IMG/VR virus record: IMGVR_UViG_3300045988_144476
DNA from: a virus
Length of the DNA: 64,000 bases
Reading direction: 5' to 3' (one strand)
Under the pieces are notes generated by a model. That model had not been told where the DNA came from and ran no database searches. It was given only the letters and a program-made list of their open reading frames with translations. The translations under genes were made by a program, and so were the position numbers. This document shows, piece after piece, positions 1 through 8,675 of the stretch; within the stretch, counting starts at the first letter, position 1; each line of letters opens with the position of its first letter.

Positions 1-2
1 CA

Positions 3-644
3 TGCGATACAGCACGCAATAACTTTATCAGCAAAGTTCCTGAATCTGTGTTGAATACCTTTAAAGCCGATACATTTGCTAAAGTTTATACACATATGCT
101 GATGAATGCAACATCATACACTATAGTTGAAAGTACTATAAAAGGTGTAAAGCTGAAAAAGGTACCATATGATGTTTTTAACCCAGATTGTTATTCAGAA
201 TCAATCGAGGGTGTAAACTGGAAACTTTCACACGCTGTCGTAAACTTGTTTGACAGTACAACACCTAAAGCGATAAAACAGGAAGCATTTAAACCGTTTA
301 TCACAATTTTAAATGAAATGTTTGGCAGTACTACACTGAGAAAAGATGTATATAAGCCAATAAATTTCAATCAAATTGCGTTACAGTTATGGGCTGAATA
401 TGCACAGTCTCTTAAAGACGGCAATGATAAAATTACATCAGGTGTTAGTTTTAAATTAAAAAACAATGAAAAATCATTGTACACTTTAGCACTCGTGGGT
501 ATGACTCATTTACATATCACCGAACTTGCTACTAATGCTGAGAGCAAAAAAGAGGACGAGCTGAAAAAATGGGCCGATGAATTTGCTGAGAGTTTAAAAG
601 CCACTAAAGAAAAAGTATCTGGCAAGGAAGAAAAAACAAAATAA
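3..644 (+). CDS. hypothetical protein, probably 5'-truncated by the window edge
   Basis: Frame is open from nt 3 and there is no RBS before the first GTG/TTG at 48/51. Stop at 642-644, followed by a terminator. Confidence 0.55.
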   Translation, partial: CDTARNNFISKVPESVLNTFKADTFAKVYTHMLMNATSYTIVESTIKGVKLKKVPYDVFNPDCYSESIEGVNWKLSHAVVNLFDSTTPKAIKQEAFKPFITILNEMFGSTTLRKDVYKPINFNQIALQLWAEYAQSLKDGNDKITSGVSFKLKNNEKSLYTLALVGMTHLHITELATNAESKKEDELKKWADEFAESLKATKEKVSGKEEKTK

Positions 645-660
645 AATATCTATCTGGTGA

Positions 661-689
661 AAAAAGAGTCTGTAAAGGCTCTTTTTTTA
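661..689 (+). terminator. rho-independent terminator
   Basis: Stem aaaaagagtc/ggctcttttt with loop tgtaaa, then a T-run. Confidence 0.7.
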
Positions 690-727
690 TTGGATAAATT
701 TAATTCAGAAAAAAGGGGTATAAAAAT

Positions 728-1444
728 ATGAAAACAACTGAATACAAGAACACAAGAAAACATCCACGTACACTTTATAAACCGCTTAAAATTGCATCAA
801 CTTTCACCAGTATTGATAAATTTCAAATTCCATCCGGTGCAATTTATGGACGTATTACACCTAACATGTATATTTACATCTCTGATTTTGACCAATTCAA
901 AACAGAATGTCCTAAATATACAATGTACATCCTTGACATGCGTTCGGATAAACGTTTCAGACGTACATCATTAACACCTAACAACTTTGCTTATAAAGCT
1001 ATTTTAGCATTCATTAAAGCTAATAACTTAACAGGTGTATGCAGTAAATACTATCATGAAAATCGTAAATATTACGATAAAAACGGTAACGTTACAGGCG
1101 CACCACGCGAACGCCTTATTCCACAACCACAATCACGTTGTTATAGACAATCTATGGTTGACGGTAAAGGTTACGACATCAGTTGGGAAGAAAATATACT
1201 GGACAAAAATCCAGACGGTACACCATATAAAGGTATAGAGTCTCAATGTGATATTCAGTTCAATGAGTTCGAAGGTATTGATTACAGACTCACAAAAGAT
1301 GCTATATACGACTATGCTGATACAAAATATAAAGATGGCATGAAAGTAGACCAGACTAAAATTCGTCCTGAAAAATCTGGTAAAAATAATAAAATTAAAG
1401 TTCGCATACATCATGGTAATACTATAATCAATAAAGAATTCTAA
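728..1444 (+). CDS. hypothetical protein (238 aa)
   Basis: RBS aagggg upstream; long ORF; terminator downstream. Confidence 0.7.
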   Translation: MKTTEYKNTRKHPRTLYKPLKIASTFTSIDKFQIPSGAIYGRITPNMYIYISDFDQFKTECPKYTMYILDMRSDKRFRRTSLTPNNFAYKAILAFIKANNLTGVCSKYYHENRKYYDKNGNVTGAPRERLIPQPQSRCYRQSMVDGKGYDISWEENILDKNPDGTPYKGIESQCDIQFNEFEGIDYRLTKDAIYDYADTKYKDGMKVDQTKIRPEKSGKNNKIKVRIHHGNTIINKEF

Positions 1445-1449
1445 AACCA

Positions 1450-1477
1450 AAGCACCTTTAAATAGGTGCTTTTTTTT
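1450..1477 (+). terminator. rho-independent terminator
   Basis: Stem aagcacct/aggtgctt with a 6-nt loop, then T7. Confidence 0.8.
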
Positions 1478-1552
1478 ATGCCCTTTTATCTTATTTAAGG
1501 AGGTGATAAAATGTGTATCAGATAACTGATACCAGAAAAGAGGATCTCAAAT

Positions 1553-1750
1553 ATGAAATACAGGGTAACTATTAATAATTATTATACCGTACTTCAAAAA
1601 TCTGGAGAAATAACAAGTGTAGTTTTACGACATTTCCCCGACAAAGATATAGCTGAAAAATTTGCAGCTATTCATGTTGATAATTGTACATCAACAACTG
1701 TCAGTGAAGTATCAGATTCAGATGCGGTGGATAAAATTATCTATCCGTAA
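1553..1750 (+). CDS. hypothetical protein (65 aa)
   Basis: ORF with gagga RBS about 10 nt upstream; terminator downstream. Confidence 0.55.
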   Translation: MKYRVTINNYYTVLQKSGEITSVVLRHFPDKDIAEKFAAIHVDNCTSTTVSEVSDSDAVDKIIYP

Positions 1751-1789
1751 CTTTCAACAACAACTTTACATTTCCCAAAAACACATTAA

Positions 1790-1815
1790 GAAGCCCAACT
1801 CCAGGGCTTCTTTTT
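1790..1815 (+). terminator. rho-independent terminator
   Basis: Stem gaagccc/gggcttc with a 7-nt loop, then T5. Confidence 0.75.
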
Positions 1816-1846
1816 GTGTACAAAAAATACCACAACCACACATTAC

Positions 1847-1922
1847 AGTCCTGTTGTTGCGAGAAACAACCAAATTACCGGTTTACCCCTTACCGGTTGC
1901 AAGGTCAAACCTTGACAGGACT
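1847..1922 (+). ncRNA. 76-nt cloverleaf-like structured element, not a canonical tRNA
   Basis: A closing 7-bp stem agtcctg/caggact encloses three hairpins: ttgtt/aacaa, accggt/accggt and aaggt/acctt. It lacks the GG D-loop and the TTC T-loop. Confidence 0.35.
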
Positions 1923-2081
1923 ATTCGCAGTAGTCACGCACTGCATAACAAAAAACACTATTAATGAAGTAGAGGAAGAACTTGACAATCTAAGACAGCA
2001 CCACAAAAAGTCTCTCCAGAGTGACTACGAGTTGGTGTACTCTTGCTAAAAACAACAATTGATTAATCGGAGGAAAATAAT

Positions 2082-2588
2082 ATGAAAACAAATAAAAATA
2101 AATTAAAGGCAAATAAATCCGCAGCTTACAATTCCATTAACGTAATGAAATCATTCATGGATAATCTCCATGAAGTTCCAGATTTCATGACAAAAGAAAT
2201 CCATAACATTGAGGATTTCATGTACGAAAGTACAGAAGATGAGTGTCACTTATCATTTGTAGACTTAATGAAATATCTCCGTTTCGTCTATACCAGACTC
2301 ACAAAATGGTCTGATAAAGTCGCATTCATCACAGTATTAACCTGTGGGAAATTTACCGACAGCATCCTTCCATTCTATATGCCTGGCACTGCAAAATGCT
2401 TACGTAACTACAAATATGTAGAGCGTAAACTCAAAAGACACGAACCTATCACGCTCAGAGTTGCTTATGGAGCTGATGGGTTCTTTTATGAAGATGGACA
2501 TTTCGAAGCAACTATTGATTTCTTTAATTGTAAAGAAGTCACATATTCTTATACAGATGAAACTGGTGAACATACCGGAAGATACTAA
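2082..2588 (+). CDS. hypothetical protein (168 aa)
   Basis: RBS ggagg upstream; long ORF. Confidence 0.7.
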   Translation: MKTNKNKLKANKSAAYNSINVMKSFMDNLHEVPDFMTKEIHNIEDFMYESTEDECHLSFVDLMKYLRFVYTRLTKWSDKVAFITVLTCGKFTDSILPFYMPGTAKCLRNYKYVERKLKRHEPITLRVAYGADGFFYEDGHFEATIDFFNCKEVTYSYTDETGEHTGRY

Positions 2589-2618
2589 TTAATATATACA
2601 TATATAAGGAGAATAATA

Positions 2619-3026
2619 ATGATTAAATACAATACCATTAACCGTAACTTCAAAACTTTTGATGACTTTATCAGTTATCATTTTGATAGGCTTTCAGCTC
2701 ACACATTATATCAGACACTTACAAAAGATCCACCCATGGCTAAACAGCTTTTTAGCAATATTGTTTATGTTAGTCTGTATAATATCTATACAGATAACAA
2801 TATATGTGATGCAGACCTTAATACATTTGAAAATGTTCTTAAATTTGTATTCGGTGATGAATATGTTATAGAAGAAGAGGTTCACACAAAGATTATAGAA
2901 ACTGCATACTGTTTACGCTTTGGTTATAACGCTGTTAATCTTGAATGGCTCAAGAATAACGCTTATAAATGGTTTAACAAACATATGATATCACTTAATA
3001 CATTCCTTGATATTGCAAGACTTTAA
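2619..3026 (+). CDS. hypothetical protein (135 aa)
   Basis: RBS aaggag upstream. Confidence 0.7.
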   Translation: MIKYNTINRNFKTFDDFISYHFDRLSAHTLYQTLTKDPPMAKQLFSNIVYVSLYNIYTDNNICDADLNTFENVLKFVFGDEYVIEEEVHTKIIETAYCLRFGYNAVNLEWLKNNAYKWFNKHMISLNTFLDIARL

Positions 3027-3053
3027 TAATATAACTAAATATCTATAACAAAT

Positions 3054-3128
3054 GCGATCCTAAAAATCCTATAAAATCATATTACTTGCCGATTTGAAAC
3101 TTGGGTTTTGAAATAGGATCGCTTTTTT
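3054..3128 (+). terminator. long structured hairpin with T-run (terminator-like or small structured RNA)
   Basis: Outer stem gcgatcct/aggatcgc encloses an inner stem tttgaaac/gttttgaaa, followed by T6. Confidence 0.45.
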
Positions 3129-3184
3129 GTACCTACCCACCCCCATTAAAGTGGAAACTACGGAAATAAAAGTAAAGAGAGGAA

Positions 3185-3586
3185 ATGGAAATGAATATGA
3201 AAAATATAATTAAAACAATCACAGCACTTACACTTGTATCTTTTACGACTCTGGCATCATGTCAGCCTGCATCCGCAGCTACGGAAACAATTCCACCAAC
3301 AATATCCAACTCATTAAATAAAACCTTCTATCCGCTCACCGGAATCGTCACCTCAGTAACTCCAGATGATTCCGACACATGTTCCGAAGTAATTACATTT
3401 ACTTGTTCCAACGGAAACATGTTCAGTTTCACAGCACCAACAACAGACTGTTGGGAAGAAGCTGACCTTGTATCATGCATCATGAATAACAAGGGAACTG
3501 AAACTGTTTATGATGATGAAGTAATCACATCTATGTATTCCGGATCCACAGACCAGTTAGAAGCACAGTTTGATTACACAAAATAA
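3185..3586 (+). CDS. putative secreted protein or lipoprotein (133 aa)
   Basis: N-terminal hydrophobic signal ending LASC (lipobox-like); RBS agagagg. The start could be one of three nearby ATGs. Confidence 0.6.
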   Translation: MEMNMKNIIKTITALTLVSFTTLASCQPASAATETIPPTISNSLNKTFYPLTGIVTSVTPDDSDTCSEVITFTCSNGNMFSFTAPTTDCWEEADLVSCIMNNKGTETVYDDEVITSMYSGSTDQLEAQFDYTK

Positions 3587-3587
3587 T

Positions 3588-3601
3588 AATGTTTTAATCA
3601 A
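3588..3601 (+). repeat. intergenic motif copy AATGTTTTAATCAA
   Basis: Exact variant between a stop codon and the next RBS. Confidence 0.9.
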
Positions 3602-3617
3602 TGAAAGGAGATAAAAT

Positions 3618-3848
3618 ATGAAAGGCAAAATCATTCTTGGACTCACAGCATTCACATTACTTGCCGGAATCATCGGCACGATTGACATTAACACTTACAA
3701 CGGAATTCATTCCGTTACCGGTTATGCAGCGAACAATAAAATCATTGCTGACAATGGAAATACTTACTCTGCTTCGAATCTCGAAGGTAAAGTAAAAGTA
3801 ACTTTAGATAATAACGGAAGCGTTATTGAAATCACATCACAGAATTAG
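3618..3848 (+). CDS. small secreted or membrane-anchored protein (76 aa)
   Basis: N-terminal transmembrane/signal segment; RBS aaggag. Confidence 0.6.
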   Translation: MKGKIILGLTAFTLLAGIIGTIDINTYNGIHSVTGYAANNKIIADNGNTYSASNLEGKVKVTLDNNGSVIEITSQN

Positions 3849-3862
3849 AGAGGGAAATAACT

Positions 3863-4159
3863 ATGACAATCGATCCAAAAGAAATCAAAGAAAGAAAAGC
3901 AATTGATAAAAAGGTTGCAGAAGTTGAACCATTTTTTCCACTTGTTGAAAAGGAAGATGATGTAGCAGTTATTCATATGAAACATGCAATTGCAAACCTG
4001 TACTATAATTTGTTAAAAGAAATCTTTCCTCATACAGTAGCAATGTATGAAGATGAAATCATTACCACAGTAGGTCACAATGGAATGCATTATCTATATC
4101 TCACAGGCAAAATTGATTACTGTGGTTGTCCAAATGGTCACAGATTATTCATTATCTAA
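3863..4159 (+). CDS. hypothetical protein (98 aa)
   Basis: RBS gagaggg upstream. Confidence 0.65.
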   Translation: MTIDPKEIKERKAIDKKVAEVEPFFPLVEKEDDVAVIHMKHAIANLYYNLLKEIFPHTVAMYEDEIITTVGHNGMHYLYLTGKIDYCGCPNGHRLFII

Positions 4160-4175
4160 GGAAGGAGCAAAGCAA

Positions 4176-4481
4176 ATGGTATCAAATGAACTACAAATCA
4201 AAAACCTTAATAAGGACATCAACGGAATGTTACATCTTCTTGCTGAACTCAAGGCAAATCCAGAAACAGAGAAATCATTCTTCACAAGAGAAAAGTGTGA
4301 GACAGAGCTTGCTAAAGCTTATCACAGGAAGCTTGAACTTATGTATCCCAAGGCAGAAACTTTATACATGTCCTGTATAAAAGAAGCTACATCTGCCAAA
4401 GGAATCGAATTAATGGTTAAGTACAATCTCATTGAATCTTGTGCAGTGGCAGAAGATGGAGAGAAACTATATGCATTATAG
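4176..4481 (+). CDS. hypothetical protein (101 aa)
   Basis: The internal ATG at 4176 is preceded by aaggag. The longer track ORF from 4080 overlaps the previous gene. Confidence 0.6.
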   Translation: MVSNELQIKNLNKDINGMLHLLAELKANPETEKSFFTREKCETELAKAYHRKLELMYPKAETLYMSCIKEATSAKGIELMVKYNLIESCAVAEDGEKLYAL

Positions 4482-4498
4482 GGAAAGGAGTATGGACT

Positions 4499-4657
4499 AT
4501 GAAACTGTGGGAACGCAAAGCAAGATCAATTATGAAAGGATTTTTGTTTAGCGAGACAAAAATTAATTCTATTATTAATTACGCAAACGAAGATCCAAAA
4601 GCAAACAATGAGTTGAAATTATATAAAGCAACTCACAAGGCAAGACAATGTTTATAA
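4499..4657 (+). CDS. hypothetical protein (52 aa)
   Basis: The ATG at 4499 is preceded by aaaggag. The track start at 4439 lies inside the previous gene. Confidence 0.45.
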   Translation: MKLWERKARSIMKGFLFSETKINSIINYANEDPKANNELKLYKATHKARQCL

Positions 4658-4737
4658 TCATTACAATAGATATATAAACAATTATACAACTGAATATGGA
4701 AAATAAAATAAATAATTAAAGAAAGAGGTATGATATT

Positions 4738-5796
4738 ATGTTAAGTATTAAAAATGTAAACGAGGAACTTGTAAACGGAGTTGTATCTGGAAATACAGTA
4801 ATCAATACAGATAGATTCGGGTATAAAATGGCATACGACACAGTAATGGCGAATTATAAAGAAATAGAAGGGAAAAAGTTTGTATCAATTCCATTGGACC
4901 TTCTGGAAATTGACGAAAGCTATCAGAGATTATTCTGTATCAATATGTCAAAGATAGATGATCTTGTGAAGAATTTTAACATGAATAAATGTGATCCAAT
5001 TCTTGTCGCTCCACATCCAGAAACATCTACATTTGCAGTAATCGATGGAACTCATAGAGTATTAGCATTTGAAATTATGAACAAGGGAAGCATTTGTGCA
5101 ACAATTGCCGAGGGACTTTCTGATAATCCAGAAGAAAGAAGTAAAGAAGAAGCTGAGATATTCTGCGGACAGGGAATTAACGTTGACCGTATGGCCCCAA
5201 CTCATAAACATAGAGCTTATGTAAAGATGGGTATAAAGAAATATGTAATTCTAGATGAATGTATGAAGGGAAGAAAACTCCTCCTTAATGTTCATGAATT
5301 AAAGAATCTTGACAAAGAAAAACAAGACGAATTAATTTCAGATGGATGGAGAGTGCTTTCTGGATATACAGCATTACTTGCTGCTGCTGCTCATTCAAAA
5401 GGTAAAGAAATGGTAACAACAATTTTTGATATTATTGAAAAATCAGGATGGCATTCAGCAACCAATGGATATGGAACTAATATAATCCGTCCAGTATCAG
5501 CAATCCTTAATATGCATGATTTTGATCCAGCAGTAACACAGGCAATTATTAATATCTTTAGCACAATGGAACCAGATCTGTTCATGTCCAAAGCACATGC
5601 AGCTTATCCAGGACGCAAGGAAAAAGAAAGACTTACAATGTGGCTTGAAAAAGCAGTAGCAAAGAAACTTGGAGTAGAACCAATCTATACTGGTGGAGAT
5701 ATGAGAAAGGTAGCTTCGAAATACAATGGAGCTAAAAGAAATGCTTCAGCATCTAACAAAACAACTCCATTCCCGGAAACAGGAACAGAAAAATAA
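4738..5796 (+). CDS. ParB N-terminal (ParB/Srx) domain protein, nuclease- or partition-like
   Basis: Motifs IDESYQR and VIDGTHRV are typical of the ParB/sulfiredoxin fold; RBS aagagg. Confidence 0.75.
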   Translation: MLSIKNVNEELVNGVVSGNTVINTDRFGYKMAYDTVMANYKEIEGKKFVSIPLDLLEIDESYQRLFCINMSKIDDLVKNFNMNKCDPILVAPHPETSTFAVIDGTHRVLAFEIMNKGSICATIAEGLSDNPEERSKEEAEIFCGQGINVDRMAPTHKHRAYVKMGIKKYVILDECMKGRKLLLNVHELKNLDKEKQDELISDGWRVLSGYTALLAAAAHSKGKEMVTTIFDIIEKSGWHSATNGYGTNIIRPVSAILNMHDFDPAVTQAIINIFSTMEPDLFMSKAHAAYPGRKEKERLTMWLEKAVAKKLGVEPIYTGGDMRKVASKYNGAKRNASASNKTTPFPETGTEK

Positions 5797-5799
5797 AAT

Positions 5800-5813
5800 A
5801 ATGATTTAATCAA
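5800..5813 (+). repeat. intergenic motif copy AATGATTTAATCAA
   Basis: Exact copy directly after the stop codon of the ParB-like gene. Confidence 0.9.
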
Positions 5814-5830
5814 AATTATAATAAAAATAC

Positions 5831-5859
5831 TTGATTTTTAAATAAGCAAGTGTTATATT
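5831..5859 (+). promoter_or_regulatory. sigma70-like promoter
   Basis: TTGATT, 17-nt spacer, TATATT, with a TGn extended -10. It is bracketed by two motif copies. Confidence 0.55.
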
Positions 5860-5872
5860 ATGATTATAAACT

Positions 5873-5886
5873 AATGTTTTAATCAA
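5873..5886 (+). repeat. intergenic motif copy AATGTTTTAATCAA
   Basis: Exact variant 14 nt downstream of the predicted -10. Confidence 0.9.
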
Positions 5887-6024
5887 CAGAAATAATAAGG
5901 TAAATACATCTATAAAGATGTTATTTATATAGCAACAAGCATTTACTATTAACCAAAGGCAAATCAGTTTTTGACTTGCTACCAAAATCTGATAAACCTA
6001 AACCCTCAACCCTTACAAATACAT

Positions 6025-6100
6025 CCTGTATCATGATCCACTTGAACGGTATAACCTCAAGTCGAAGGTACGTTTTTCTAAATATGGAAATTGATACAGG
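6025..6100 (+). ncRNA. 76-nt structured element
   Basis: A 9-bp closing stem cctgtatca/tgatacagg encloses the hairpin acttga/tcaagt. No ORF is present. Confidence 0.3.
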
Positions 6101-6234
6101 GTGTCATATAGTTATATAATTCAGACCTATATATAAGCGTGACAATATATGGAAGTCGTTTACCATTCTGGCGGTGTGAAACCTAGAACCGCCAACTCCT
6201 TCCAAATATGGATTTGAATTATGTAACTATAAAT

Positions 6235-6248
6235 AATGTTTTAATGAA
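6235..6248 (+). repeat. intergenic motif copy, degenerate (AATGTTTTAATGAA)
   Basis: One mismatch; sits just before an RBS. Confidence 0.7.
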
Positions 6249-6261
6249 AAGGGGAAAAGTT

Positions 6262-6342
6262 ATGAACGAAAAAAAGAAAAGGAAAGTCATCTCTTGGGAT
6301 GAGATTAAAGAAAAATTCAAAAGGGAAAGGAAAGAGCAATGA
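6262..6342 (+). CDS. possible 26-aa basic peptide
   Basis: RBS aagggg; ATGA overlap with the next gene. Below the ORF-track length cutoff. Confidence 0.3.
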   Translation: MNEKKKRKVISWDEIKEKFKRERKEQ

Positions 6343-6560
6343 CAGAGATAAAAAAGTATGACAAAGAAAAGGATATTATTGCTTATAACGGAGTAATCGT
6401 TGTCTCATGCTTTAAAGAAAGAAACGAAATGCAGACAGAGTTTGACGAAATAATTGAGGCATGGAAAAAACAAAGAGATAAAGAAAGAAAAGAGCATTGG
6501 AACAACTTAAGAAAAAGAAAAGGCATATTTTCATTATTCAGAAGAAAGAAGGCAGCTTAA
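6339..6560 (+). CDS. hypothetical protein (73 aa)
   Basis: ORF in a co-directional array. Confidence 0.55.
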   Translation: MTEIKKYDKEKDIIAYNGVIVVSCFKERNEMQTEFDEIIEAWKKQRDKERKEHWNNLRKRKGIFSLFRRKKAA

Positions 6561-7151
6561 ATGAAATTTATTGATAAATATAAAGAAGAACACCAAGGCG
6601 GAATTATTGGTGATATTACATGCATAAAATGTCCATCTGATTTTGGATATGAACCCGATCGAAATTGTACTTGTGGTACGGATGATGAAGCATGTCATAG
6701 ATGCTGGAATAAGGAAATGCCTGAACCTAAATTAGAACCAGCTAATGCAAATGATTTCCCAGGATTCGAAATTAATGATGTAGTACAGTTGAGAAGTGGA
6801 AGATTATGTATCGTTCTTCCAAATAATAAGTCAAAGGATAATAAAAGTATATGCTATACAAATAAAAAACCCAGTACAGAAGATATTATTGGCTCGGGAA
6901 TAACCTGCTTAACTCATTGCATCGATTATATAGGATATATATGTGAAAGAAATTGCCTCAATGATGTTGTTAAATTATGGAGAGCAACTCCTGAAAATGC
7001 GTTATCATTGATAGGCTATTTCTTTAACAAAAAAGAAATTCCAGATCACATCAAACCTATTTGGGTAGAGCCTACAGTACCTACAGCAAAGAAGATGACA
7101 CTCAAGGAAATTGAAAAAGAACTTGGTTATTCAATAGAAATTATTTCATAA
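6561..7151 (+). CDS. hypothetical Cys-rich protein (196 aa)
   Basis: Abuts the previous stop codon; the N-terminus carries C/H clusters. Confidence 0.65.
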   Translation: MKFIDKYKEEHQGGIIGDITCIKCPSDFGYEPDRNCTCGTDDEACHRCWNKEMPEPKLEPANANDFPGFEINDVVQLRSGRLCIVLPNNKSKDNKSICYTNKKPSTEDIIGSGITCLTHCIDYIGYICERNCLNDVVKLWRATPENALSLIGYFFNKKEIPDHIKPIWVEPTVPTAKKMTLKEIEKELGYSIEIIS

Positions 7152-7174
7152 ATAGAAAGTGAGGGAAATGAATC

Positions 7175-7465
7175 ATGAGTGCATATAAGCAGTTTATTAC
7201 CAGACATTTTGAAAGCACTAATACATTTGTAACTCAGTTTTTCAAGGAAATTAATTCTCTCCCGGAAGTCGGAGATTTATTCGAAGGTAAAAGAGTGTTG
7301 GCTGTCACACCAATTTCAATGGATTGTGAACAGTTTTCAGATGATCATCATAATTATGAATTATATGAACTCGAATGTGGCGAGTATGAAAACAAATATA
7401 ATGAGAACGGGGAAGATGAAACTACAACAGAAAGAGTATGCGTAAGAAAAGAAAATGAATTATGA
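7175..7465 (+). CDS. hypothetical protein (96 aa)
   Basis: RBS gtgaggg upstream. Confidence 0.6.
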   Translation: MSAYKQFITRHFESTNTFVTQFFKEINSLPEVGDLFEGKRVLAVTPISMDCEQFSDDHHNYELYELECGEYENKYNENGEDETTTERVCVRKENEL

Positions 7466-8373
7466 TAAAAAATAATAAAAATCAGCCAGTAAAAGGCTAT
7501 AAAGTATTCAACCCAGATTGGACATGCCTGGGATTTCAGTATGAAGTAGGGAAGACATATGAAGAAGATGTAACACCAAAATGTTGCAACAAAGGATTTC
7601 ATTTCTGCAAAGAATTGAAGGACTGCTTCAGTTATTATTCATTTGATCCTGACAACAAAGTTGCAAAGGTTATTGCATTAGGTGAAATTGATGAAAAATT
7701 AGATGATAGCAAATGTTGCACCAACAAGATTCAGATTGTTGAAGAAATCAGTTGGGAAGATGTTTTGAGAATGGTTAACCTTGGAGAAGGAAATGCAGGT
7801 TTTTGCAACGGCGGTAACTATAATACTGGTGACAGAAATACTGGTGACTATAATACTGGTTGCAAAAATACTGGTAACTATAACACTGGTGATTGGAACA
7901 CTGGTAGCTGTAATGCTGGTAATTGGAATACTGGTTACAGAAATACTGGTGACTATAATACTGGTAATTGGAACACTGGTAGCTGTAATACTGGTAATTG
8001 GAACACTGGTGACTATAATATTATAGATGCATCTTCTGGATGCTTCTGTACAGAACATCAAAAGATCCTTATTTTCGATAAATTGTCTAACTGGACCATA
8101 AAAGACTGGTTTAGCAGTGATGCAAGATATATTCTTGATAGTATTCCAAATAATATTGTTGAGTGGATCTATGAATCAGATATGACAGATATAGAAAAAG
8201 AAAAGAATCCAACGTACAAAACAACTGGTGGTTATTTAAAGATTCTTGATAAATCAGAAGCAGCGCAGGTCTGGTGGGATGGATTAGATACTACAGACAA
8301 AAACATTATTAAATCAATTCCAAATTTTGATGCAGGAAAATTTCAAAAATGTACAGGTATTAAGGTTGATTAA
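7462..8373 (+). CDS. protein with about 13 tandem 5-residue NTGxx repeats
   Basis: The central run is GNYNTGDRNTGDYNTGCKNTG and so on. A Cys-containing N-terminal domain carries KGFHFC. Confidence 0.7.
   Translation: MIKNNKNQPVKGYKVFNPDWTCLGFQYEVGKTYEEDVTPKCCNKGFHFCKELKDCFSYYSFDPDNKVAKVIALGEIDEKLDDSKCCTNKIQIVEEISWEDVLRMVNLGEGNAGFCNGGNYNTGDRNTGDYNTGCKNTGNYNTGDWNTGSCNAGNWNTGYRNTGDYNTGNWNTGSCNTGNWNTGDYNIIDASSGCFCTEHQKILIFDKLSNWTIKDWFSSDARYILDSIPNNIVEWIYESDMTDIEKEKNPTYKTTGGYLKILDKSEAAQVWWDGLDTTDKNIIKSIPNFDAGKFQKCTGIKVD
7810..8018 (+). repeat. tandem 15/30-nt coding repeat (aatactggtgactat-like)
   Basis: Visible DNA periodicity that opens spurious ORFs in other frames and on the other strand. 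Confidence 0.85.
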
Positions 8374-8387
8374 AAGGAAAATGAATT

Positions 8388-8669
8388 ATGAAAATATTTA
8401 CAGGAACTATCACAGAAACCAATTCACGTAAAGTTGCTGTCATTGCAGAAACAAAAGAAGAAGCCGATGCAATCCTCTCAGATCTTTATCTCAACGGAGA
8501 TATTGATGAACTTGATTATGATGATTACGATGGATGGGATTCAGAAATCAATGATGAAGTAGATATTGATAGCAGAGAACTTGATGAAATTGAGATTTAT
8601 GATGAAGAAGGAAATAAATATGAAAAAGATGATTTACCAGAAAAATATTTCGACTCTGAGGAGGTATGA
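8388..8669 (+). CDS. acidic hypothetical protein (93 aa)
   Basis: ORF rich in D and E. Confidence 0.6.
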   Translation: MKIFTGTITETNSRKVAVIAETKEEADAILSDLYLNGDIDELDYDDYDGWDSEINDEVDIDSRELDEIEIYDEEGNKYEKDDLPEKYFDSEEV

Positions 8670-8675
8670 TGAATT

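Noticed and set aside
1816-2049. 77-aa ORF with a GTG start in the gap after the terminator at 1790-1815.
   Set aside because: It has no RBS, starts inside the terminator T-run, and has unusual composition (CCC, H-rich). The region folds into stable hairpins, so it is more likely non-coding.
4080-4380. The upstream extension of ORF 4080-4481, and ORF 4126-4380.
   Set aside because: They overlap the 3' end of gene 3863-4159. The internal ATG at 4176 has a strong RBS.
7810-8018. A possible CRISPR array. The hairpin and box units at 24.2-26.9 kb were also considered.
   Set aside because: The NTG repeats are contiguous coding repeats with no spacers. The box units have only four copies and irregular spacing, their 'spacers' are self-complementary, and no cas genes are present.
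7699-8061. ORFs 7699-8061(-) and 7781-8026(+), which overlap the NTG-repeat gene.
   Set aside because: They are artefacts of the 15-nt tandem repeat, which stays open in several frames.
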